This document shows positions 1 through 8,146 of a DNA stretch of 16,007 nucleotides, in pieces. Each line of letters opens with the position of its first letter. Within the stretch, counting starts at the first letter, position 1. Source of the DNA: an uncultured archaeon (lineage in GTDB: Archaea; Asgardarchaeota; Lokiarchaeia; Sigyniarchaeales; SOKP01); the NCBI GenBank assembly GCA_964493715.1, contig CAZBPC010000076.1, forward strand, positions 1-16,007. The letters are read 5' to 3'. Under the pieces are notes generated by a model. It saw only the letters and a list, made by a program, of their open reading frames with translations, was not told the origin of the DNA and did no database searches. The position numbers and the translations under genes are program-made.

Positions 1-37
1 TAAAAATAAAAAGTATTTCGAATTTTCTTTTTTAATC

Positions 38-643
38 ATGCATATTGTCTGTTTAGATTTAGAGGGCGTTCTTGTTCCTGAAATATGGATAAATGTTGCT
101 TTAAAAACAGGAATAGAGGAGCTCAAAATAACAACTAGAGATGAGCCTAATTACGATAAATTAATGACAAGAAGATTACAAATTCTGCAAGAAAATGGAA
201 TAACTTTACCCATGATTCAAAAAATAATAACTACAATTGATCCTTTAGAAGGAGCTATTAAATTTATAACATGGTTGAATAAGTATACACAAATTATTAT
301 CGTGACCGATAGTTTTAAAGAGTTTGCTATGCCGCTTTTGAAGAAATTAGGAAATCCGTTTGCATTCTGTCATAACCTTAAAGTAAATGATGAGGGGATA
401 ATTATCGATTATGTTTTGAGAATCAAAGAAATGAAAAGGGTAACATTGCAAAAATTTAATGAGATGAATTATTCTGCCATAGCAATTGGGGATTCGTATA
501 ATGATATTGAAATGTTGAAAACTGCAGAACATGGAATCCTTTTTAGACCGCCCGTAAATGTTGAGGAAGAATATCCCAATTTTCCTAGTTTAAGAGAATA
601 TGAAGATTTAAAACAATACATTAGGAATATCATTGGTTTTTAA
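38..643 (+). CDS. thrH: Bifunctional phosphoserine phosphatase / homoserine phosphotransferase (ThrH family, HAD)
   Basis: N-terminal CLDLEGVLVPEIW is typical of ThrH. Also TTRDEPNYDKLM, and HAD motif IV AIGDSYNDIEML followed by GILFRPP. Length 201 aa. Confidence 0.9.
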   Translation: MHIVCLDLEGVLVPEIWINVALKTGIEELKITTRDEPNYDKLMTRRLQILQENGITLPMIQKIITTIDPLEGAIKFITWLNKYTQIIIVTDSFKEFAMPLLKKLGNPFAFCHNLKVNDEGIIIDYVLRIKEMKRVTLQKFNEMNYSAIAIGDSYNDIEMLKTAEHGILFRPPVNVEEEYPNFPSLREYEDLKQYIRNIIGF

Positions 644-694
644 ATCTACTAGTTTTAATTCATCAACAAGAACAAACATGTAAATTTTTTAAGA

Positions 695-1318
695 TTAGAG
701 ACAATGTTTTATCATCTTCTTTAATTTATCAAGGTTCTCCTTATTCAAAGCAGAAAATTCTATGAATGGTATTCTTGAATTATTTCCTTTGAAGAATTGA
801 TCAAGGTGCGTGAGTTCCAATCCGAATTCTTCAGCAGACTTCAAAAATAGGTTGATATTCTTGGTTCTATCGAAATTTGATACTTTATCAATTTTGTTTA
901 AAATGATTAATAGAGGAATATCAAATTCTTTAAGGAATTTTATTAATTCAAGACTTAGTGGTATTGTGTGTTTATTCTCAATAAAATATTTCTGAATTTC
1001 ATCTTCAATTCTTAAGATATTAAGCACGATGAAACACAAAAAATAATCCTTATGATGCTTCTCTATATGTACAACAATTTGTTTCTTTACATGTTCTGCC
1101 CTTCTATGACTTGAATGACTCATGTAACCAAATCCAGGTAAATCTATAACTTGAAATTTCATATTAAGTTGAGTTATTGGTCTAATTAATAAAGTACTTC
1201 CGGGAGATTTTCCACTTTTCCCTTTGAATTTGCGTGGGTTGGATAGAAGTAATCGTGTAATTGAACTTTTACCAACATTAGAGTTTCCGATGATCAATAA
1301 TGATGGTTTTTGCGTCAT
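695..1318 (-). CDS. engB: EngB/YihA (YsxC) family GTP-binding protein
   Basis: G1 GNSNVGKSS, G2 PGST, G3 DLPGFG, G4 NKID, G5 FSAL. The start is placed at ATG 1318 (MTQKPSLLIIG, 207 aa) because the ORF-track start at 1378 overlaps the upstream gene. Confidence 0.85.
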   Translation of the reverse strand: MTQKPSLLIIGNSNVGKSSITRLLLSNPRKFKGKSGKSPGSTLLIRPITQLNMKFQVIDLPGFGYMSHSSHRRAEHVKKQIVVHIEKHHKDYFLCFIVLNILRIEDEIQKYFIENKHTIPLSLELIKFLKEFDIPLLIILNKIDKVSNFDRTKNINLFLKSAEEFGLELTHLDQFFKGNNSRIPFIEFSALNKENLDKLKKMIKHCL

Positions 1319-1340
1319 AATAAAATAAAGTAAAAGAGAT

Positions 1341-2252
1341 TCAAATATCCAAAAAATCATCTTTGAGAAAATCTTCAATCATTTGCTTCCTTTCTTCCTC
1401 CTTGATAACAGGACGAGTGTTGATTGGTTCTCCGACTTGATCCAAGATCTCTTTTAGCCCTTTCACGGCTACATTGACTTGAAACTTGCTTCCTCTTAGA
1501 TATCGAACGATTTGTTTATCATTAAGTGTTAATCTTAATATATACCCTAAACCAAAGTAAAATTGGTGTTCTGGGATAGGATCGATGGGGCTCTTACTTG
1601 TTACCTCTTTTAACATTTCATACAATAGTTGTTTACTCGCAGTGTGATCCTCGGATTGATATACCATGTAATGAAGAGCATGATACCATATCTTATCTCG
1701 TTTGTTGCTTGCTTGTTCTATGAATTTTTCAGGAGTTATGATTTCCTTTCCTACTACATCTTTCCGATCCAATAATTCTTGTTCTATTCGTTTTTCCAAC
1801 TCGCTTGATATTCCGGATGTTGATGGTATTGAAATATTATGTTCTAATTGTGAAGTCATATCTTCCTGTCTAACTGATTTCATTGCTTCTTCCATTTCTT
1901 TAAGCTCTTCAAATCCAATTTCATCAAGATCTGAAAAGTCTGTTAATAACGATTCCTTTCCAGCAATATATCTCTCATTTTCATTGGTTGACTTTTGAAC
2001 TTCTTCAGTCGTATCCACTGAGATAGATTCAATGGGATTATCTTCATCTAATGCGTCTATTTCACGCATTTTACTTATGGCATCTTGCATATCTTTTATT
2101 TCTTCAAAATCGAGATCATCCATATCAGAGAAATCAGTTTCAAGTGATTTCATCTCTTCAAGATATGTATTCAAATCATCTTGAAGATTATCTAAATCGG
2201 GATTTTCTCTCTCTTGCTCATCTTCAGAGTGATTTTTTTCGTCTTCAGTCAA
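1341..2252 (-). CDS. Hypothetical protein with an acidic N-terminal half carrying two ~30-aa repeats and a globular C-terminal domain
   Basis: 303-aa ORF with a TTG start. It ends 22 nt before the engB start on the same strand. Internal repeat SLxTDFSDxDxxxFEExKxM occurs twice. Confidence 0.75.
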   Translation of the reverse strand: MTEDEKNHSEDEQERENPDLDNLQDDLNTYLEEMKSLETDFSDMDDLDFEEIKDMQDAISKMREIDALDEDNPIESISVDTTEEVQKSTNENERYIAGKESLLTDFSDLDEIGFEELKEMEEAMKSVRQEDMTSQLEHNISIPSTSGISSELEKRIEQELLDRKDVVGKEIITPEKFIEQASNKRDKIWYHALHYMVYQSEDHTASKQLLYEMLKEVTSKSPIDPIPEHQFYFGLGYILRLTLNDKQIVRYLRGSKFQVNVAVKGLKEILDQVGEPINTRPVIKEEERKQMIEDFLKDDFLDI

Positions 2253-2366
2253 TTTTTAAATGTAAAAAACGAATATTTATTTTCTATTAAGATCATAATG
2301 ACAATCTAATTCTTTAAATTTTAAGGTTCTTTCAATAAATTTAATTAGTGCTTTAATCAAATTGTC

Positions 2367-3080
2367 ATGAATGAATTAAATTTAGATGAATTTAAAGGCA
2401 TCATTTTTGACTTGGATGGGGTCATTTATGATATCACCGAGGCTATAAAAAAAGCCGTTGATGATGGAATAGAAAAATATAAGATGAAAGTAAGTCTTGA
2501 TGAAGTGATGGAAGAAATTGCTCATCTTATAGAAGATATTCAAAATTATCCCGTCCCCGAAATAATTCTAAATTCCTATAACTTATTAGATATCAAATTT
2601 TTAGAGAGATTAAGCTTTTTAAAGAAATTAAGAATAGGAATTTATTTATTTACGCAATTCAACAAATATAAAGATGCAGAATCTAAATTATTCAAGGAAA
2701 TTGATAAATTAATTAGTAATCTATCTAAAAAAAAGTTGAAATTGGCTATATTGACTAATAATAAAAGCTCCTATGCAGAAGATGTCCTAACTAAGTTCAA
2801 TTTGACTAAATTTTTCGATCCCATTATTGGTTTTAATGACGTCTCAAAAGTGAAACCCGATCCAGAAGGCATTATTAAAATTCTTGAAATATGGAAGATA
2901 AAACCCTCCCAAGCTATTTTTATAGGAGACATGACAACTGATATTGATGCAGGAAAAGCAGCAGGCGTTAGAATGATATGTGTATCGAGTGGGTTAGCTA
3001 AGAAAGAGATATTACTTCAGCATGAACCTGATATTTTAGTGAATAACACACAAGAATTAATCAAAATTTTCAATATCTAA
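2367..3080 (+). CDS. HAD-superfamily hydrolase, phosphoglycolate phosphatase/Gph-like
   Basis: Motif I IIFDLDGV, motif II LTNN, motif III KPDP, motif IV FIGDMTTDIDAGKAAG. Confidence 0.85.
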   Translation: MNELNLDEFKGIIFDLDGVIYDITEAIKKAVDDGIEKYKMKVSLDEVMEEIAHLIEDIQNYPVPEIILNSYNLLDIKFLERLSFLKKLRIGIYLFTQFNKYKDAESKLFKEIDKLISNLSKKKLKLAILTNNKSSYAEDVLTKFNLTKFFDPIIGFNDVSKVKPDPEGIIKILEIWKIKPSQAIFIGDMTTDIDAGKAAGVRMICVSSGLAKKEILLQHEPDILVNNTQELIKIFNI

Positions 3081-3146
3081 ATTAATTAATACTCTTAATA
3101 AATAGAATAGATAATAATAGAAAAGAATTACATTATTGAAACGGAT

Positions 3147-5460
3147 TTACGATTTCTTGTATAAAAATCTCTCCCAACTTGCACTTTTTGGCATTTCTAG
3201 AGCCATTCCCTTCCGTTTTCGAATTTCCATAATCAGGTCTTCTTCGATGCTTCCAGGAACCTTTTCAAACCCTAAGAATTCGTATCCGAAAAATGCTCTC
3301 CCTTGAGTTGATCCTCTGATCTCATCAGCAATTCCTATTAATTCTGCTGCGGGAAGTTGTCCTTGAACACGCACGTATTCTCCTTCAGGTATCACGTTTA
3401 GGACTCTACCTCTGTGTTTATTGATAATTCCTAATACACCTGATTCTGTTCCTTGTGGTGTTTTAACGTCTATTTTCTGAACTGGTTCAAATAAATGTGG
3501 TTTAGCACTTAACATTGCCATAGAAAAAGCAGAGAAGCTCATACTAGCAATTTGATTGTATCCTGTATGTGCGGGATCTTCGTGAATGGTTAAATCAGTA
3601 AAAACGACTTTTATACCGGCAGCGGGTTCTTTTGCTAATATAGCGCCCTCTAGCCATTCTCTAAATGCTGCAGATAAATAAGATTTGATCCTATCAAACC
3701 TTTGGAGTCCGGTAGTACCATTAACTAACAGATTTCCATTGTACACATCAACAATTCGGCGTGCTTCTTTGGCATCCCATCCTGCTTCTTCACGTAATAT
3801 TTTTGCTTTGGTTTTATCATCCATCAATTCGTTGATACCTCCTCTTTCTATTAACGTTTCTGTTGTTTCATCAAGAGGTTCCATGTACATAAGCATTCTG
3901 TTATGACTATTAGAGGATTTGGTATGAAATTCCTTGCTTTTTGTTGTAATCTTTTCCCTGTAAACGATAATAGGTTCTCCAATATCAATTTTTACTTGAT
4001 TGTTAATACGCTTGGTGAGGATATCAATTTGAAGTGGATCAATGCCAGAGAGAATGTATTCCATTGATTCTTTATCAAGACGGAATTTTGCTGTTGGATC
4101 AGCTTGGAGCCATTTTCCAACTACATCTCCAAGTTTTGCTATATCATGTGGATCTTGTGCTTTAATGCTTCGTGATACTACTGCTTCACAAGCATAGCTA
4201 ATTTTTTCAAATGATGGAAGCGCTGCTTGTGCTTCTTTATCTCTTGGTACATCATTAGCATTTAAAAATGTTTCACCAGAGGGACAAATAAAACCATAAA
4301 TTGCGAATAAATTTCCCGCGGGAATTTTTTCAACATCTAATATATCGGTGATTTCCATCACTCCAAGTCGTTTAACTCTATTTGACGTTCTACTGCCAAC
4401 TAAATAAATTGAGTCTGTATGATGAAATGTACCAGAAAATACTCTACCAATAAGGGTTGCTTGATAATTCTTCTTTGGATCAAGAAAAATTTTAGTAATC
4501 ATTCCATAGAGAGGGCCATTAGGATCACTTGCTACAAGAGCTTTCCCTAAATCAGAATCCAAGTCTCCACCCCAAATGTGGGGAATTCGATATTTTGCAG
4601 CAGCTGTTGGGTTGGGTAGATGATCTACAACCATTCTCAACATTGGTTCATCTAATGGAAGATTATCACGTAACCATTGAATATTTCCTTCATTATATTT
4701 TTGAAACACATCTTGAGGTTTTAATCCTTTTTCAAGTAAGATTTCATAAGTGAAACCCCAACCGTGTTTAGCTGAACCTACAGCAACGCTATTCTTTGAA
4801 AAATCGACGCCCCAATCTGAACCTTCAGGACGAATTTTTTTAATTAAATCATTTACTTGCATTGAAATTTTATCAATTTTTTCAAATGTTGCTTGAGGAG
4901 TGAGTTTTAGTTCACTTATTAAGCGATCCACCTTGTTAATAAATAACACGGGCTTACAATACTCTTCTCCTACAGCAAGTCTAATATTTGTCTCAGTTTG
5001 TGTCATGACACCTTCAAGAGCATCAACTAAAATAATAGCACCATCAGAACCCCGAAGGGCTCGTGAAACTTCTCCCGTAAATGAGATATGTCCGGGTGTA
5101 TCATTAATCTGGAAGATATAGGGCTCTTTGTCTTCAGGTGTTCGCGAGTCTTCGAATGAAAGCAAAACAACAGACGTGAAGATTGTGATTCCTCTGGCTT
5201 GCTCCTCTTCTTTCAGTAAAATAAGTAATTCTTATTCTAAATCTGAATCAGTCATTTGGAGCTGACCAGCATCTTCTTCTCTCATTAAACCAGCGCGACG
5301 CAAGAGATAATCTGAAGCTGTAGTCTTCCCATGCTCTAGTTTAGAGACTAATTGTCCTTTAAATATCTATGTGGGCGACTATAGAAAAGATTCTCTTTTT
5401 TTCAAAGTTCGTACTTGTTACCATGCGGGCGATATCTTCAGGGTTTTTTACTTTAACCAT
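3147..5460 (-). CDS. Archaeal elongation factor 2 family GTPase, probably the aEF-2 paralogue. Spliced: complement(join(3147..5210,5241..5333,5365..5460)), 750 aa
   Basis: Exon 1 encodes MVKVKNPEDIARMVTSTNFEKKRIFSIVAHID. Exon 2 encodes HGKTTASDYLLRRAGLMREEDAGQLQMTDSD. Exon 3 encodes EEEQARGITIFTSVVLLSF...DTPGH...NKVDR...GSAKHGWG...GRVFSGT...HEDPAHTG...IRKRKG. The ORF-track entry (3147..5165) lacks G1 and G2. Confidence 0.92.
5211..5240 (-). other. Candidate BHB-type mRNA intron 2 (30 nt) in the EF-2 switch-I region
   Basis: Minus-strand sequence TTAGAATAAGAATTACTTATTTTACTGAAA lies between TDSD and EEEQARGITI, with an in-frame TAA at 5232-5234. Fold: perfect 4-bp central helix TCAG/CTGA; bulges AT|T and AA|G; 9-bp intron stem TAGAATAAG/CTTATTTTA (one G-U); loop AATTA; distal exon stem CTGGT/GCCAG plus GCTCC/GGAGC. 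Confidence 0.88.
5334..5364 (-). other. Candidate BHB/BHL-type mRNA intron 1 (31 nt) in the EF-2 G1 motif
   Basis: Minus-strand sequence ATTTAAAGGACAATTAGTCTCTAAACTAGAG lies between the GAT (D) and CAT (H) codons of AHIDHGKT. It shifts the frame and has an in-frame TAA at 5359-5361. Fold: exon stem TAGTC/GACTA plus CCCA/TGGG; central helix ATAG/CTAG (3 of 4 bp); bulges AT|A and AG|C; intron stem TTTA/TAAA plus GGAC/GTCT; loop AATTA. Confidence 0.85.
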
Positions 5461-5466
5461 ATATAC

Positions 5467-5523
5467 TTCACTTTTTATATTATATTATATAATTCTAATG
5501 TTATGAATATAAAGAGAAGTGAA
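5467..5523 (-). promoter_or_regulatory. Putative EF-2 promoter: TATA-like TTATATAA (5485-5492) flanked by an inverted repeat
   Basis: TTATATAA is centred about 28 nt upstream of ATG 5460. The arms are TTCACTT-TTTATATT (5467-5481) and AATATAAA-gag-AAGTGAA (5506-5523). The AT-rich context lowers significance. Confidence 0.35.
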
Positions 5524-5608
5524 TGAAATCATAAAAATTTTGTGTAAATAGGTGATAAATTGAAATGGGATTATTTTCCATTTTATTTTTATTATTAAGA
5601 AAAGGATT

Positions 5609-8146
5609 TTATAAGATCGTCCGCATATCATATTTTGGCATTATTTCATAAAATTCTGCTTGTTGTTTTAATGACCAAAATCTAGGGGCATATCCATATT
5701 TTAGAGCAGCTTTAATCATCATTCCTATACCGATATAGTTTCTCTTTTCAATTTCATTGCTAAAATTTGTAATATGACTTGTAATTCCCAAATTTGGATT
5801 TACCTCTTTCATTACCCATAATAAATTATCTGGATCATTATTAGTTTTATCAAAATCGATATGATGCAACTCCCAAACAGATCGCCCACTCTTGTACTTT
5901 TTATCTCTTCTATATATATTTCCTGTGAAAGCGTCAAACATATATTCCAATTGAGTTAGTGAATTTTTAGTGTTTCTACTTTTTTTTACAAAACCCTGCA
6001 GAGAAAATACTTGTTCTCCAAGGATGCCATCCCTTTTTTTAGACCAGTCGGAGGAATGTTTAGAATTTACATTACCATATAGCTCTAAAGATTTTCTTTT
6101 TAGGTAAGAATTATAATCAGGATATTGACTTTTAATTTCATTAACTCTATCAATTTTTTGATACACCCTAATATATGTTAAAATATCAGAATATGCTTTT
6201 TTATCAATTTTAGCTAATTTATCATTTAATATCCTAGAAATTTTTATGAAATCTCTGGGATAAAAAACTCTGTATAATTGATTTTCTCTATCGCTTAGTT
6301 TTGGCTCAATATCTATTCCAAAAAATTCAGTTAATTCATTAATGGTGGGATATTCACTTCTCCAGCCCTCTGATATCTTTAGTTTTCCTAATGCATTGAT
6401 TAAATTATCTACTAGTTTGTGTTCTTTATATTTGATAAACGATTTCTCAACAGCAATTATAAAGATACCAGAGAATCGTGCTAATGCAATAATCATACTG
6501 TCGATAAATTTTCTATCTTCTTTATTCAAAATATTTTGATTACAATAGTTTCTAATCCGTTTAAGGGTATTTTTACTTAAATCATTCCTAAAATAATATT
6601 TTGTTACTAATCCTATTGATCCATCTCCAAGAATTTCTTGCCCAATTTCAGAGAGGCTTACAAATCGATTATATTTGTTAGAAATTACTCTCTGTAATGC
6701 TTTAAATAAAATCCAGTTGGGTTTATTTTGAACATCTTTATAAGTCAAGTAATTAATTCCTAATACATTACTAGAATAATCCTTGATTTTCATCAGAATA
6801 TCTTTACGTTTATTAATATCTATTTCCATTTTATCTATTTGAAGAAAATAATCGAAAAGCATTTCAATTTTAGTTGGATGGAATGCTACTTCACTATAAG
6901 GTACACTTTTTAATTTTTGATCACTCATTCTTCGCGTAAATTCAGATCGCCCAAATTTATAGATTCCATTTTTATATGTATCAATGAATTTAGCTAATTG
7001 TGCTGCCCATGACCATTTTCCTTTATAGTTGAAGATAATAGTTTCTAATTTTTTTTCTAACTTATTTTCATATATCATATTATAAAGTTCATCCCAGGTT
7101 GAATTTACATTCTGTCTCTTCGTTATAATATGATTTTCAATTAATATTTCTCTAAGGGCGTTAGCCGGTAGAGTTTTTATTAATTGTGGAATATGAACAT
7201 TAGCCATATTAATTATTAATTTTTGGTGCTCTGTATATTCATCTATTTTAAACTCCACCTTTCTTATACGATTAACAGTATTGTTACAATTCATTATAAG
7301 TTCTTCAATATCCGATTTAGTAAATTTTTTGGTTAATCCATTTGAAAAGAAATCGAAATAAGCATTAAATCGATCAAAAGCTGTAATTTTTTGAGTAGCG
7401 TTTTCTCTTTTTTTAGTCGAATATCCAAGAACACACATGCATATTCCCATATTAAGGATAGAATCGTAAAGCGTCTTAATTTTAGAGAGAGAAATTTCTT
7501 GAGTGTTTCCAAATGAAAAAATCTCTTTTTCCGCTAGTTTATATTTTTCTAACCAGTCAGAAAGTATCTTTTTTAACTTAGGAGATGGTGGGTTAAGCAC
7601 TATAAGATCATTAAATACTTCGTGGTGGATTTTGAGATGTTTAAGCAATCGTGTGTACTGTTTTGTTATTTCTTGAATACCATCTTTAATAACCTGAAAT
7701 TTTTTAATTTTCTCAGATTTAATATCGTTTTTTAGAAATGTTAGTTGTTTTTTAGATAATTGTTTAAGATATGAATTGGAAATTGAATCTATATACTTTG
7801 AAATGATTGGAGCACCTCTTCCAGTTGTAATACAATATACCCACTTTCTAATGAAGGATTCAGTTTCTTTAGGGATTTCTTTTTTAATAGTAGAAAGCAA
7901 ATCATGAGAAGGTAAGCAAGAAATATCAAATAGACAAGAGAGAGCAGCATCTACAAAATCTACAATTCTTTCATCAACATAGACCATTGGGATTTGATGT
8001 ATTTTGCATTTTGGATATTTACCAAATCCCAGAAATCCAAGTTTCAATGGTTTGACTCTAATTATTTTTTCACATCCAAAATTAGGACAGATTGCTATTC
8101 GATCCTCCTCTACAGTTTTCCGACTTGCAATAGAACACGACTTCAT
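5609..8146 (-). CDS. Large protein with an N-terminal putative Zn-binding module and a C-terminal HNH endonuclease motif
   Basis: N-terminal CPNFGC...YPKCKIH. C-terminal WELHHIDFDKTNNDPDNLLWV...SH at about 5775-5875 matches the HHID-x4-NN-xxxNL HNH signature. Length 845 aa. Confidence 0.7.
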   Translation of the reverse strand: MKSCSIASRKTVEEDRIAICPNFGCEKIIRVKPLKLGFLGFGKYPKCKIHQIPMVYVDERIVDFVDAALSCLFDISCLPSHDLLSTIKKEIPKETESFIRKWVYCITTGRGAPIISKYIDSISNSYLKQLSKKQLTFLKNDIKSEKIKKFQVIKDGIQEITKQYTRLLKHLKIHHEVFNDLIVLNPPSPKLKKILSDWLEKYKLAEKEIFSFGNTQEISLSKIKTLYDSILNMGICMCVLGYSTKKRENATQKITAFDRFNAYFDFFSNGLTKKFTKSDIEELIMNCNNTVNRIRKVEFKIDEYTEHQKLIINMANVHIPQLIKTLPANALREILIENHIITKRQNVNSTWDELYNMIYENKLEKKLETIIFNYKGKWSWAAQLAKFIDTYKNGIYKFGRSEFTRRMSDQKLKSVPYSEVAFHPTKIEMLFDYFLQIDKMEIDINKRKDILMKIKDYSSNVLGINYLTYKDVQNKPNWILFKALQRVISNKYNRFVSLSEIGQEILGDGSIGLVTKYYFRNDLSKNTLKRIRNYCNQNILNKEDRKFIDSMIIALARFSGIFIIAVEKSFIKYKEHKLVDNLINALGKLKISEGWRSEYPTINELTEFFGIDIEPKLSDRENQLYRVFYPRDFIKISRILNDKLAKIDKKAYSDILTYIRVYQKIDRVNEIKSQYPDYNSYLKRKSLELYGNVNSKHSSDWSKKRDGILGEQVFSLQGFVKKSRNTKNSLTQLEYMFDAFTGNIYRRDKKYKSGRSVWELHHIDFDKTNNDPDNLLWVMKEVNPNLGITSHITNFSNEIEKRNYIGIGMMIKAALKYGYAPRFWSLKQQAEFYEIMPKYDMRTIL

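Noticed and set aside
1319-1378. ORF-track N-terminal extension of EngB
   Set aside because: It overlaps the upstream gene's 3' end. ATG 1318 gives the usual distance to G1.
4210-4256. Possible third in-frame intron in EF-2 (NDVPRDKEAQAALPS; AATGATG/CATCATT pairing)
   Set aside because: It can form a stem but has no 3-4-3 BHB geometry and no stop. It is more simply a variable domain II-III linker.
5211-5364. Spliceosomal, group I/II intron, intein, or frameshift/readthrough explanations
   Set aside because: The ends are AT..AG and TT..AA, not GT..AG. The inserts are far too short for ribozymes and contain stops, so they are not inteins. Recoding would leave about 10 extra residues inside the P-loop.
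5335-5369. TAGA direct repeat read as a target-site duplication of a transposon footprint
   Set aside because: Excision by this repeat gives HIEHGK rather than HIDHGK. The repeat is explained by the self-complementary CTAG of the central helix, and intron 2 has no equivalent.
5166-5460. EF-2 5' region as a pseudogene or sequencing error
   Set aside because: The disruptions are two clean 30-31 nt inserts with BHB folds in exact register. The exons keep their motifs, and the remaining 2 kb has no lesion.
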